A stretch of DNA of 64,000 bases from Euglena gracilis (lineage: Eukaryota): contig CP154954.1 of NCBI GenBank assembly GCA_039621445.1, forward strand, positions 2,728,001-2,792,000. Reading direction: 5' to 3'. A program made the position numbers and the translations under genes. The notes below the pieces were generated by a model. It saw only the letters and a list, made by a program, of their open reading frames with translations. It searched no databases and was not told the origin of the DNA. Below, in pieces: positions 34,947 to 64,000 of the stretch (its first letter is position 1; every line of letters begins with the position of its first letter).

Positions 34947-37900
34947 TGGGGGTGTGCGTGCGCGTGTGTGTGGCTCCCAAATCTCAAATGTCAGCCCCAT
35001 CCGTTCTCTGGTGGACGCTGCGGCTGGCCCCCTCCTCACGGCCGTCACACCGGTGCCCGTGGAAGGCGGGGTGCTCCTGCAGACCCCCGACAGAGGGGCC
35101 GGCTGCTTTGTGCGCACCAGTGGCGACCAGGCTGTTGCCAGGCCCGGGAACCCAAGGGGGTTGCCCCTTCACCGGATGTCTTTGTGGATTTTTGGGGGTG
35201 GAGGCGCAAGGATGCATTTGTGTTTGTGCGGATGATCGCCATAATTCAGACTGGCACAGATAAGAATTCGAGTGGACATTTGCAGACAGAAGACAAATAG
35301 GGATGCATCAGATGAGGGTTTGGGACATACATCTCTCTAAGGTTTTGCGACCCCCCCCCCCCCCGGGGGGGGGCGGTTGCAGCCAGCCCCGATTTGGGCC
35401 CAGCCCAGCCGCAGCAGCCCCCCCCCCCGGGGGGGGGGGGTGCTGCTAGCCCTAGCTAGCCAGCCCCTTTTTGGGGGTCCAGCCCAAAATTTTTCGGCGC
35501 AAAGCGCCGAAATTTTTTGAAAAACTGTGTTCAAAAGTGGCCAAAAATGGGGTTTGGGGGCCGTTTGGGGCATTTTTGGGGGGTTTCAGATGCGTCATTT
35601 TTTCAAAACTGTGTTTTGCAGGTCATTTTTGGGCATTTTTCCGATTTCAGTCCAGCTCGCCCCGGCTCGGGTCAAACCGGGGTCCAGCCCCCCCCCCCCC
35701 CCGGGGGGGGGGGGAGGGCTAGCCAGCCCAAATTTCTAGCCAGCCCAAATTTCTAGCCCTAGCCCAGCAACCCCCCCCCCCCGGGGGTCCTTAAAGAGAT
35801 GTATGGTTTGGAAAAGAGGTGGTGTGCGCCAGTGTGGATTATGGCATGGGGGGGAATGCTTATCGATTTTTTGTGCATTTTTTGCTAGATTTTTTTGAGA
35901 GTGAAAATGCGCTCTTTTTTGCGCATTTTTTTTTTCTCAGCCAGGCTGGTGCATTCCCTCTGGTTATGGAAAGGGAGGCTGCCAATATCCACAAATATTG
36001 GGAGACATAACCCCCTTTTAAAATTCACAGAAATGTGCAATATCTGGGAGAAAAGGAGCAAGAATCATAGAAATGCAAAAAAGCCCAAAAATGCAAAAAT
36101 GACGCACTTTTTAAAAAAGTCAAATGGGAATTTGAGGAAAATGTCACGTTGCAAGACACCGTATGCAGAAAGAATGAACAAATGGGAAAAAATTGGGGTG
36201 GGTGTATGTTGGGGGGGATTAAAGTGCCATGTTTTCAATGCTTCAAGGCTTTTCTTTAAGCATCTGAAGAGTGAAAGAAATCGGGCGGTCTCAGAAACTC
36301 CACCCCCGCAGACAAGGCTCTTTAAGGAGCCATTTTGTGCTACTTGATGTAGGTGTCCTTCGCTGCCATTCAATAAAATTTCCTTTTTGTAGGTGGCTGC
36401 TGCACGTCCATTTGAGCATTGTTGTGCCGAACTTTGGCTGCGCGCATCGGCTGTATCTGAACCGTGGGAAGCCAGACTGTGTTTGTTGCCATGCCCGACA
36501 GGGCCATCCAAGTTTTCCAACCCCCCCCCCCCCTGTCTTTCAGTCATCTCCTTTCATCTGGCAGCTGGTCTCCCCTCAGCGCCGAGTCGCCCGAGCTCAT
36601 CATTTGGTGTTGACGCCCCCCGTCCGCCTCTCTCTAATAAGCCATTCCCATCCTCTCCAGTCCACCCATGATGGCCACTCTAGCCTGAAATTCTGCACAC
36701 AAGAGCTCAGTTTTCGGCCGAAGCCACGGGTGTTGGCCTATTGCACATTTTTGCTGCATAGGACGCACTGATATCCAGAGTTGAGTTTTCACCGTGGTGG
36801 GCAGGTGGTGAAACGCTCTTGAGAGGGTTTGCTTTCGGCCCAACTCACCCCCACCAACCGCGATGCAGCGTGATGCATGGCGATTGGTGGGTGACCCCAA
36901 GGGGTGGGTGACCGAAGCTTCACCCCACCTGGGGTTACAGTGAACCTTCTCCCGGGTGCCAGGTTTTTGACATTCAGTAACCTGCACATACCTCCCCCCC
37001 CCCCCGGAAACTGTCACCTGAGCCCTGTACTCACTGACCTGTCACCATGTCACCATGGAGACCTGTCACCTACCTCTGTACTCGCTGACCTGTCACCTGA
37101 CAGATTTATCTCAACGATCTTTCTCACTGAAAATGCATTTTTTTGGAAAAAAATGTTTGGTCATGGAAATTCGATTTTCCCGCCCAATCCAACCCCCCTC
37201 CCCAAAATAAAACCACACCTCCCTGAGGCAGGGACTTTTTTGAGGATCCCGGGGGCCAGCCCAGAAGCTGGAAAAAGGTGTTGGATGGGCCCCCCTGGGG
37301 GGTGGAGGGTCCGGGGGGGGTGGGTCCGACTAGATGCCAGGCTGCACCCGGCCGGCACCCGAGAACAGGCAAAGAAAGCCTTCAGATCCAGCTGGCTTGG
37401 CTTTTTTCAGCCCAAAATTTGAGGTGAAAGCCCCCCCCCAAAAAAACTACCAGAAAAGGCTATTTTTGGCCATTTTTTTTGACCCCTTTTAAACAAAGTT
37501 TCCGGCGTTTTGCGCGAAATTTTTTTTTTCGGGCTGGAAACCGTTATTGCCGCTTGAGGGTGGCCCCAGCCTGCTGGTTGGGAGCTGCTGGCTGGAAAGA
37601 AGTGCTGGCTGTCTGGACCCGCCGGGGGTAGGGTGGGGTCCAGCATCGGAAGACTTGCCCTGAGGCTTGAAATCCTGTCCAAATACAAAACTGGGGGATA
37701 TATTTGGGGAGTGATTGTTTGAGGGTGGCCCTGAGAGTGATTTGTGAAAAGGCTGATTACCCCCCCCCCCCCCCCGGGAAACTGTCACCTGACAAGTCAG
37801 CGAGCACAGAGGTCGGAGGTCCCTATAGTGACTGGTCAGCAAGTACAGGGCTTTGGTGACGGTTTCCGGGTGAGTCTGGGTCAGATGCATTTTTCAACCC

Positions 37901-40350
37901 CCCACTGACCCAAAAATACGAAAAGGCGATTTTTTTCACATTTTGTGGTCAAAAATTCTAAAATGTGGTCCCCTCCAGGCTTGTGCTTAGTCGGGTGCCT
38001 ACCCCACGCGGGGGGGTGCTAGGGGCAGGCACCCCATAGCACCTGATCCGACCCCCCGGGGGGGGGTAGGGTTTTGGGGGGTGCCTGCCCCTAGCAGGCA
38101 CCCCCCTCCGACCCCGGCGCCAAAGGCACCGGGGGCCCAGAAAAGGCCATTTCAATGAATTTTTTCTGGGTCCCCCCCGGACCCCTATCCCCCGGGGGGG
38201 GTGCCTGCTAGGGGCAGGCACCCTATAGCACCCCCCCCCCCGGTTGGTAAGCACAAGCATGGTCCCCTCAATTCCCCTCATTTTGCCCAAAATTCTTCAT
38301 TTTTAAGCAAAATGTTATCTGGTGACCATTTTTTTTTGGACCCAAGCTCTCAACTTCATGGCCTAAAATTGTTGTAAAATCGCAGGTTTTCGGAGACTTT
38401 CCCGTCTCGTACCGCTGTCCCAGCACTGGAGGGGTTTAAAGCCTCCACTCCAGGGTGGTTTTCTATTTGGGGGTTTTGTATTTGGGGGGGTTTGTGTATA
38501 AAGACATTGGAAAATTTCTTTGGCATTTTCTCCAGTTTGTGGTCAATTTTCCTTTGGATCCTACAGCGGCCAATGCCCCCCCCCCCGAGGAGCAGAGCTG
38601 GTTTGGGGTGAGTTCAAGCGACCCCTCCCCCCGGGAGTCGGAAAAAATTGCGTTGCCAGCCTTCTTCATTAATTCATTAAGAGGCAGACCTGCAAAAAAA
38701 AAACCTGGTGGCTAAAGCGATTTTTTTTGGAAATTGTTGATTTCGACATTGTGGCTATCACACACACAAACAGACAAAAAAATACTGCGGGTTGTTGGGC
38801 AGGTGTTGTCTCCCACCCCAGTTCGGCCCCTGATGGCTGCAGCATCCCTCCTGGCTGGCAACAAGGCGGTGACGGTTTCCGACCCTCCAATTGGCACAAG
38901 GTGGGTTGTTGTTGTTTTTTTAGCACTACACATCAACAGACAACGGTTCATTCTCTCGTCATGCAACCACCAACCGTATTCGCTGCCCAGTGTTTGCAGG
39001 ACAGTTGATCACGGTGCCATCCTTGCCTGCTGTGAGTTGACCTGCCCTTTGGGTGACCCACCTGCTGCCGCTCTGTGCTCCCCAATCAGGGCGTCGCGTG
39101 AGCAGGAGGGGATCCTCCCCGGGAGGTTGCTGCCTTTCTCCAGCCCTGGACCCCCAACCTCCCTCCTGTCAACGGAATTTGATTCCTGTCCAGCCGCCAG
39201 AAGGGCAGCTGGATGGTAGCAGACTCCTTACCTTGGTGGGAGCCACGGGCCAAGATCGCTTGAAAATGGACTGAAAATGGACCCCCAGCTCGTGTTTTTT
39301 TGGGGGGGGGGCAGAGAAGTCATTTTCAGGCAGTAATTGCTGGTTTTTGTAGTTTTTTTGTTTTAACATTTTCATATTCCAAGGTTTACTTGGCACAAGC
39401 TTGTCCCAGTTTCAATTGGGGTACCCCACCCTGGGGGGTTAGCCAGCCCAAGGTTAACCAGCCCCATGATTTCCTTCCCCTCCCCCCCCCCATGGGTCAG
39501 GCACCGCCCCACCCTCACTGCCTGGTGCCCCACGCAGCACCCGCGAGGCCCCAATCGCCCTTCCTCTTGTGCCACAAGCCAGTGGTGGACGTTTCCTTGG
39601 ACCGCAGGGGGGAGGGGGGGCTTTGAACATTCCGTGCTCACTGGCTGGCTGGCCAACCAGGACACCCAGGTGTTCGTGGGCAATTTGCCAGAAACACACC
39701 AAATTTTGGGCAAAATTTGTGTGGTGGGCAACCTTGAATAAACCCCGAACGCCCTGTCTAATGGTATTTGGCTTTCCGTATACTTCACGCCTGGTCTTGT
39801 TTATGCCCATCTTAGGCCCAAAATCCATCACAGGGAACGTTCGCTCACCTTCACCAAACCAACACCTCATTTCCATCAAATGTATATATGTGCCAGACCT
39901 GCAGACTTGTACAGAGCTTGCAAGCGCTGTGCAGCCGAACCGCCCGTCCTCCATTCTTGCTGCCATTCTCGCTTCCAACGTTTTTTGTTTGCATTTGCTC
40001 TCAAGTCTCTCCGGCTGCATGACCAGGGGTTATCTCAAACCGAAGGGGATCCTACCCCCCCCCCCCCCCCCGGGGGGCCAGCCAGCCAGCACTTTTTTCC
40101 CCAGCCAAAACCTCCCAGCTGGACTGTGGACCCCGGGGGGGGGGGTTCGGCTGAAATAAAGTTCGTGGACCGAAAATTTTTTCGGCGCAAAGCACCCTTT
40201 GTAGGAACAGCACCAACAGTTGTAAGCTGTGTTGTGCAGAATGCACCTGAAAAACACACCATGGGATGCCACACCGTGCGCGCTGTGGATCTGCGAAGGT
40301 TTAAACAAGCAGTGCAGTGGCATCACCAGAACGTGGAATTCCTGATGCTT
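31850..40350 (+). CDS. Multi-exon hypothetical protein; its 3' part lies in the duplicated block
   Basis: Exon-like islands at ~31850, ~32830-32886, 33227-33354 (HRPIIAGLPQSPG...FTASLFSK|gt), ~33763, ~34125, ~34995, ~36392, ~39000 and ~40260. No family recognised. Confidence 0.4.
32890..33221. mobile_element. hAT-like MITE forming a probable nonconventional intron (32887-33226)
   Basis: TIR CAGGCTTCT ... AGAAGCCTG; TSD CCCACACC/GCCCCACC (6/8). Removal at C|acc ... gcccc|AC gives in-frame VRTPP-H-RPIIAGL. Confidence 0.75.
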
Positions 40351-40881
40351 GTTTATCCAACGTTCATGGGTTCATCAAAACGTGACAAATTCGTACAAAA
40401 AATCGTGCCGTACCCGGTGGGGTGGGTTCGACCAAGGACCCTTGTTCTCCTCGAAGTTTTGCATCGACGTGCCGAAAATCTTTTGAAAACATTCAAATTG
40501 GGAAAAAATTGAATTTATTTTCAGGAGCCGATTTGACCACCCAATTGACCCCCCCCCCCAACAATCAGCCCGACCGTTGCACAGCACAACGCGACTTCCT
40601 CAGTCCTCCAAATATAAGCAACCACAACTTGCTTTTATTTGGTTTCGAACATTGACTCCAGGTTGCTGACATTTGTAATCCGCCGATTTCTGCCGGGTTT
40701 CGGTCCTTTTCATGAGAATTCCTTCCCATCGTCCAGCCAGGGGTTGCTGACATTCGTGGGCTGCTTTCCTCGCTTTCTTCATTTGTTTACTTATTTGTTT
40801 ATTTTTTTGTTTATTTGTTGGGGGTTCACCTCGCTGTGTTTATTTGCGTGCCCCCCGTGGTCCGCAGCCGTCCCGCCCCCG

Positions 40882-56366
<15,485 letters not shown>

Positions 56367-57898
56367 CCGCGTTCCACTGCCAGCATGTCTGCCTTGACGC
56401 CCGCACAAAAACATGGTCCTATTGAGGGTCTGCCTCGCTTGCCACGTTTGGCACAAATAAAATTTCTTTCACTGCCAGCTCGTGACCTGCAGACGACACC
56501 TTCCTCGCCGCCTCCGTCGGCCAGGTGAATCCAGACAAACAAAATCTGCGACCCCGTCAGGATTTTTCAATTCCTTTGAAAGCTGTTCCCCAGTTTTTTT
56601 ATTTGTGTTCTGCTGAAAATAAACTTCAAAATAAAAATACCCTCAATAATTTTACACGAATGCATGCATTTTACCAAGACGGAATGGTGCAAGGCAATAC
56701 CTCCAGGGATGTCAGTTCAAAGATGACAGACCTCAGCTGTTTAGACCTCCCAAAGCCTCAGGGTTAGATATTCTGTGGGTTACAGGGGGGATTGTGGGGA
56801 CTTTTTGGGATGAGGAGATTCGGAAAAGGCAGTTTCCCACCGGTATGTGGACAGTTCGCCCAACGCAGCAACCTATATTTGGCTGAGCGAAAGGGGCACA
56901 ACACTTCCCCAAAGTGAACCAAACGTTTTTCTTTTTTGGCTTCTTGGACCAAAAAGCTATGGGCAGGGTGATTGTATCGGCAACGTCAGAAAAAAAAAAA
57001 AAAACGCTGCAACGACCGGAAAAACACTTTCCTACCCTCAAATCATGATTGGATTAAACAATGGAAGGAATGGACGGGAAATAGCAAATTCGTTTTGTGG
57101 CCTGAATTCTGTATCCAGAAACATATGGATGGAAATTTTTATATTATATATAATATTAATAATATATAATGTCAGATATTAATTTTTATAAAACATGGAA
57201 ATTTCTGACAAATAGCATTTGCATTCATACCCCGGGGTCCAGGTGCCACCCTCCCTCGGCAAGGGATGGCAAGCAGAGGTTTCAAAAAGCAAACAACAAC
57301 AACTCTGGTCTGAACCAGAAATGCTACGGGCGAAAGCAGAGCCCTCAACACGCATGGGCGGTACTCTCCGACCCCGGCTGTGGCACCGCAGACCACCTCA
57401 CATCACCGTGGTGGTGTCTGTGGAGGACAGGGGTTTTTCTTTTTAGCCTTGGACCCCCGGGGGGAGAGGGGGGTAGGGTGGGTGCGTGGCCGAGCCTCCC
57501 CCCTGGGGGGTCCCCACAGGGGGGGGATATACCTCCCCCCCCCCTTTTCTAAGCACCACCCTTGTCTAAGCACCACCCCCCCGGTTCTTACCCATCTTTT
57601 TACAGGTCATCGTCACGGGGAGGTTTATTTTGTGTGCATTTTTAAGGGAAATTTCTCAAAAATTTCGAAATTTCTGCAACTTCTGAGACCTGATTTGGTG
57701 AGGTATTGTTGATTTCTGCATCCAAATGTGTGTAAGTTCAACAGTGCACCTTCAAATTAAGGGGAATTTTTCCTTTTTTTCGGCGCGAAGCGCCGGATTT
57801 TTTTTCGCAGTCAAATTTTTCCCCCCTTGTCTAAGCACCGCCCCCCTGGTTCTTACCCATGTTTTGGCAAAATAAGCACCAACCCCCCCCCCCCCTGG

Positions 57899-57931
<33 letters not shown>

Positions 57932-58039
57932 GAAAAAGGAAACACAAGAACCAAAAAAAAAAAAAACCAAAAAAGAGCACCCAAAAAAAAAAAAGAAAAA
58001 AAAAGGCGACCAAAAAAAAAAAAAAAAAAAACAAAAAGA

Positions 58040-58084
<45 letters not shown>

Positions 58085-61000
58085 AAAAAAAACACCCCAA
58101 AACACCCAAAAAAAGAAAGCCCCTGGTTTCTTACCCATCTTTTCCGGTTCTTAGACAAGGGGGGGGGGGATATACTTTTCGGAAAGCGCCGAAGGCGCCG
58201 AAAAGGTTTGAAAAAGGCACTGTTTTCAGCATTTCCCCAACTTTTTGGCCATTTTCCGGGAAAGTCGAGTGGGTCCTCTGGACCCCCCCGGTGCCCCAGG
58301 GCCCCAGGGGGTGGGTGGGTGGATGTGGTCCCTTCCACTCCCTGCATCCGAGGCCCTTGGCAGAGACGGCTGTTCTGTGTGGCTGTTGACTGACCCCTCC
58401 TGTCCATGTCGACACGGCTCGAGACGAACACACTCCGCCGCTGCCCGGACCTTGGGACAGTGGACCTGCCTGCCTGTTTCTGGGCTGCTTGCATTGTCCC
58501 CAGAACAGCTCTCCCGCAGTCCTTTGCCTCAAGTTTCGCATTTAATTAATTAAATTTTTTTTACTGTTTTATGTGGATGGATAATGGAACAGAATCCCAG
58601 AGAGTGGAGACGCCCAGTGTGACCCCCTGGTTGTTTTAAAAGTCATGCAACTTACCTCACAGGTTGCAGGTCATGGGGGTTATGACCCCCCCCCCCGGTC
58701 ACAGGTTGCAGGTTGCGAAAAATTTAACACCACCGAACTACGACCGCTCCCTCATTTACGACCGACCACCCCCCCGGTCGCAGGTTGCAATTATGGGGGT
58801 GTTACGACCCCCCCCCCCCGGTCACAGGTTGCAGGAACCCACCCGGTCGTACGACAAGGGGGGGGGGGCGGGTAAGGACCGCCTTGGTGTGTGTGTGTGT
58901 GTGTGTGTCCCCCTCCTGTCTAAGAACCACCCTTGTCTGAGCATCACCTCCTGGTTCTTACCCGTCTCTTTAAAGGTCTTCTTGGGGAGGCTTATTTTGT
59001 GTGTGTTTTTAGAGAAATTTCTTGAAAATTTGGAAATTTTTAGAAATTTCCGAAGCCTGATATGATGAGATTTTGTTGATTTTTGCATCCAAATTCCTAT
59101 GAGTGCAACTGTGGACCTCCGAATTAAGGGAAATTTTTCCTTTTCGCCGCGAAGCGTCGGAGTTTTTCGCAGTCGAAAATTTCCCTCTTGTCTGAGCACC
59201 ACACCCCCGGTTCTTACCCATAGTTTGGCAAATATATTTTGTGCTTACCCATGTTTTCCTGTGCTTAGATAAGGGGGGGGGGCAGGGTTCGATATAAGGA
59301 CGGCACACGGGGTTTAGGTGGGGGTGTCACCCTCACCCCTCCTGGACCGGAGGGGGGTCCGGACCACCTCCCACCTGCCAAGTGCGGACCACCCCGGGGG
59401 GTACCCGGACCCCCCCAAAAGGACTTTTCCGCGGAAAATTTTTTTTGACAAAATTTTGCCCAAAAAGTGCCCGAAATGGCACTTTGGGCTGTTTTGGGGG
59501 ATCAAAATTATAGGCCCGGATCAACGCACCGTGCTGAAAATCAGTCACCTGGACCGCGTCACTGTTTTGGTGGGGGGTGTACACCCCCCCCTGGACCGGA
59601 GGGGGTCTGGACCTCCTACCATCCCTTTTATCGAAGCCTTGGGGAGGTACACTTCTTATTCCAGTGTATGAGCCCCAAACAGCCAGAGTCATGGGTCAGG
59701 GAATCGGCTGGGCACAGGTTTTTCTGACACATTTTCCAAGTGGTGCATATCTCTAGTGTCAAATAGCACCAGAGCAGATAATTGCTAAAACTTTGGCTTT
59801 CAAGGTTCCGGGGGGGAGGTGAATGGGTTTTTTTTTGGCTGCTCACCTCTCTCCAGGTGAAGCGAAGTTGAGGGTTTGAGGTTGGGTGGTCGCAGGGGTT
59901 TTGGTGTAAACCGGGTGGGGGGGGGTGGAACTTTTTTTGGGTTTTCCCCCGTGTTTGCATGTTCGTCGGTGACCCCCCCTGGGGGGGGGGGAGGTGACCT
60001 CCCTTTTGGAAATGATTGTGTCCCAAGAAGGAAAGTGGACCTAAGGGAGCACGTTGCGCCTCGGATGGGCGGGCGTGAATGAGGTGCTCGCTAGAACTGG
60101 AAATGGGGTTTTTTTTTTGTCTTGCCTTGCCCCCCCCCACACCCCCCCGGGTTGTCATGCCCGAGACCCGTCAGGGTCCCCCCAAACCTGGGGGCTGGTG
60201 CCCGTTCTGACCTCAGGGATCTAGGAAGTCAGGAGGGTCCGTTCCCCGGTCGCGCAACTGAGCGCTCCGTTTCCCGGTGGGGACCTCGCAGCGCACCCCG
60301 GCGCCCGGTGGGCAGCGGGCTCCCCCCCCCAACCCCGCCCGTCAACAAAACCCAGGGGGCACGGGGCTGGGTAGGACCCGGTCGGGCGCGGCTCCCCGCC
60401 CCCGCTGCCCAGGCTGGCCCCGGGGCCGCGCGGGCGAGGGGGACAGGCGACCTGGGGGCAGGAGTCGCGGGCCTGACAACACCTTCACCTCGGCGGACCA
60501 AGCGACCGCCGGCCCCCCAGTGCTTGTGGCTGCCCCCGGGGCGAGAGCTGTGCCACAAGGTCGAGGAGCCCGGCGTTTTTCGCCTCGTCTGGGGGGAGGA
60601 CCCCGCCACCCTGAAGCGCTGGCGTTTTGGAAGCCTCCTGACAATTCGGATGCCCGCGTGCTCCTCCCCCTGTTTAGTTACCAACACCTCCAGTCAAGGT
60701 AATTCACCCCCCCGTACCAGGGCCGCTCGAAAAGCACCGTTGGGAAGGCCTTGGTGGAACCAGGGAACTGCGTATAGGTGGCTGGTGTCTGAGACGAAAA
60801 TACGGAAGTGTCGCACCGATGGAGAAATTGGAGGTGATTTGGGGCGTGTAATTGGATCCGAAGGGCGGTAACCCAGAACAAGTGGAAACCCAGGGCCACT
60901 CCTCCCCCCCTCCGAAAAAAAAACTTTCCCAATTGTGTTGTGTTTCCCCAAAATGGTCCCGGTGCGAAGTGCGGAACTTTTTTTTCGGGCCTTTTTGTCT

Positions 61001-61338
61001 TCCTTTGTTTGCACGTTCGTCGTTTTCGACAGTGACCCTCCTCCCAGGGGGGATGAGGAGAGTGCCTGACTGGCTTTTGGAAAGTGACTGTCCAATTTTT
61101 TTTTTCAACATGGAAAGTGGGAACCTCGTCCTCCCTCACCAGCAGAAAGCTCAAACGATTGCCTGCACCAGGGTCGCCAGTTCTCCCTCAGAAACTGCCA
61201 TATCCCATATGCCCCAAAACCCGCCGGTGTCCGTCAGCGTCCCCCGGGTACCGGCCAACCCCCGCACAAAACTGTGGGTGGGCCCAGCCCTCCCCGTGCC
61301 CCAGCCCTCCCCGTGCCCCAGGCCTCAGGCCGCCCCAC

Positions 61339-63508
61339 ATGCCCGGCTTCGCGCCGGCCGCCCCGCCGCTGGCCCCCGAGGCCGTGCGTGCGCTGACAGC
61401 CCTCCTCGGGCAAGTCCGCCGCCTGCTGGTCGTGACGGGGGCGGGCTGCAGCACGGAGTCCGGCATCCCTGACTATCGCTCCCCGTCTGGCAGCCTGTCC
61501 CAAGGTGTGGTTGGACTGCCGAGCCCCTGCAGCGTCTCCCTCCCTGAGTGGTTTACGTGTGGCCCTTCATCAATAAGTACCCCCCCCCCCCCGGAAACTG
61601 TCACCTGGCACGTTGGTGAGTACCAGGGACCTTATACCTGATAAACCCCCCCCCAAATAAGACCCCCCCATAAAATGGACCCCCCCCCCCACAATAAGAC
61701 TCCCCCCGGCCCTTCCAAGCAAAAATCCATGAAATGGACCCCCCCCATGAATAAGACCCCCCCTGCCGGCGCGAAGCGCCAGATTTTTGAAAAATGGTAC
61801 ATTTTTGGGGGGAAAATCTGCTATTTTGGGACTGTTTTCACACAATTCAGCATATTTTACCCTATTTGTCTGGCGCGAAGCGCCGAATTTTTCGAAAAGT
61901 GGTATTTTGGGGTGTCATTTTTGGACATTTGGGGGGTCGAAAAATTTTCCAGCAAAAATCCATAAAATGGACCCCCCCCCCATGAATAAGACCCCCCCTT
62001 GGGCTTTCCAGCAACCGACCCATGAAATGGACCCCCGGTCTTATTTTTGGGGGGGGTTTAGTTTCTGAGACATGACAGTGTCCCGGAGGGGTTGTTTGGG
62101 TCCCCAGAAGAAGCTTGCGATCCAGTTGCCACCACCCTTACAATTTTAAACCTTACATTTCCCATCCAGGTTGGTAAGTGTTTCCTGACACTTTCAGCAA
62201 ATTGTGCCTATCAGCCTATTGTTCTTTTTCATCATTATTTATGTGTGTATGATTTTTTATTTGATTATTTTGTGTATGATTCTTTCGTCTGATTTGTCAA
62301 CGTTCATGTCAATGAAATTCAAAGCTGTCATCCGTCGAAAAAGCCCGATTGATTTTGCTTCCGGGCCCCGATGCTAAAACGAGAGGGTTGCCACATGACT
62401 GAAAGTACCATCCTGTCCATGGAGTTGTCTCCTGTCTGGAAAAGTCTTCTTCGGAGGACAGTGGCGCTGCTGTCTCTCAGGCCACAAGCCCACGACGTAC
62501 CAGGAGTTTGTGAAGTCGCCCGAGAAGCGGCAGCGATATTGGGCGAGGGCATACCTCGGCTGGGACCGGTTTGCCCAGGCAAAGGTTTGTCTCCCCCCTG
62601 TTTCCTTTCTTGAAAATATAGTTCCCAGCTTTTTTTTGGCCTCCTTTTGCAACATACTTGGAGGGTTGGAACCGCCGAGCAAGGTCGGGCTGGCAGTGCT
62701 CGGTTGGCTGGGATGGCTGCTTGCAGGACAGGGGATGACAACTCTTTGATGACAATGACGAGACACGGGATGACAATAGCAAGTGCTTTGTGGTCCTCGG
62801 ATGTGAGCCGGCTCTCCCCCTCCACCCCCCTCCCCCCACAGCCAAACGCCATACACTTCGCCCTGGCCGAGTTGGAGGCACGCGGACGGGTCCACCACAC
62901 CCAACGCTGCCCCTGGACGAACGAATCGTGGCCATCCAGTCCCACCCCCCGTCCTGTGCAATTCTCACCCCCACAAAACGATCACAGAGCCCAGAAGACA
63001 CTGTCGGCCCAACATGGCAGCTTGGCCACTTTGGAAAGCTCCACAGATTTGTCACCCGGTTTGCACTCGCTGCCTCATGGACCGGGGGGGGGGGCAGATA
63101 CGTAGGTCCTTCCCCCCGCCGCCATGGGAAGTTCCCAGTGAAGGTTTGCGCCGTGCATTTTAAGCTGGCGGTTTTTTGATTTCCCAGACCCAGAACTGCA
63201 CGTGAAATTGTTTTGGTTTTATATGGTTGTGTGCTTGCTATTTTTTTTGTGCTTATCGACGGCCATTGAAGTTGAAGCAGAAGCGAACGAACCTGTTCGG
63301 TGACCACTTCCCTGGGGGGGGGGGTGAGCAAACCATGGCTGCCAGCCCCGGAACGGACACACGGACCGGCTCACTCTCCCGCCGGCCGCCGTGGCGCGGC
63401 AGCGGTGGCGCTGTGCTCACGCAGAACGTGGACGGGCTGCACACGGCGGCGGGCAGCCGGGCCGTCACGGAGCTGCACGGCAACGCCCGCTCCGTAGTCT
63501 GCCTCCAG
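61339..63508 (+). CDS. SIRT4: Class II NAD-dependent sirtuin (SIRT4/SRT2-like), partial. Exons ~61339-61504, 62481-62584, 62842-62898, 63413-63508; continues beyond the window
   Basis: Spliced product reads [113 protein letters not shown]. It has the [25 protein letters not shown] and ELHG motifs. Introns 61505-62480 and 62585-62841 are GT-AG. The true start may be further upstream. Confidence 0.92.
62899..63412 (+). other. Nonconventional intron in the sirtuin gene
   Basis: CAC|acccaacgctgcc ... ggcagcggtggcgct|GTG: Y|R ends, and +3..+13 pair with -5..-15 (10 of 11). I found no GT-AG pair giving the conserved GRxxxxxTQNVD spacing. Confidence 0.85.
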
Positions 63509-64000
63509 GTCCCTTGCCCCATCCCTCACCGCTGTGATGGGGGGCCAGGACGTCTTAGCAGGACCTTTAAGCTGTAGGAACCCATCCCCCCCGGGGGGGG
63601 GGTGGCTTTTCCAGCCAGCCCATATTTTCCAGCCTCTGAGCTGGACCCAGGGATATGAAGGCTGTCAGTATTGGGTATGGGGGGCGACCCCCCCCCCCGG
63701 GCGGGCGGTGAGGTGGGGGTGTAAGGGGTACCTGGCCATACAGCAAACTGGGCCAGAAGCGAAGTTAGCGCCGGCCATGAACAGAGACACAGCCACAGTG
63801 CAACTAGGGGGGCGGTAAGGTGATAGGGGGGATCTGGATCCCCCCCCATGTGTTGGAGGGGGATCTGGATCCGGACCCCCCCTCCTCGGCAGGTTCCAAA
63901 AAAAGCGTGAACTTTTTTCCAGTGCTGCCACCGGAAAATGAGCAAAAAAAACACGTTTTGCTTCACTTTTGAGCACATTGCCTACCTTTTGATGTTTTTG

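Noticed and set aside
57880-58125. A-rich insertion resembling a poly(A) retro-insertion or poly-Lys ORF
   Set aside because: Irregular A/C low-complexity stretch between duplicated ccctggtt flanks and absent from copy 1; most likely a long-read consensus artefact.

Overview
Repeat-rich, intron-dense eukaryotic nuclear DNA, most likely from a photosynthetic euglenid (Euglena-like). This is inferred from a mix of GT-AG introns and stem-forming non-canonical introns, and from a Euglena-type plastid presequence. Positions 1-~23030 recur at 34203-~59360 (direct segmental duplication or co-assembled haplotype). Each copy holds the 3' part of a hypothetical gene and a complete multi-exon mTERF-family gene. 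Between the copies lie a ~160-bp satellite and hypothetical multi-exon genes. The 3' end carries the 5' part of a class II (SIRT4/SRT2-like) sirtuin gene. Introns are packed with short non-autonomous TIR elements with CA..TG ends and 8-bp target-site duplications (hAT-like MITEs). Main observation: several non-canonical introns are themselves such MITEs. Splicing 3 nt before the left TIR and 5 nt after the right TIR removes the element plus exactly one 8-nt TSD and restores the reading frame, which suggests an introner-like MITE/nonconventional-intron system. No transposase, RNA gene or CRISPR array was recognised. All exon models are manual and partial.
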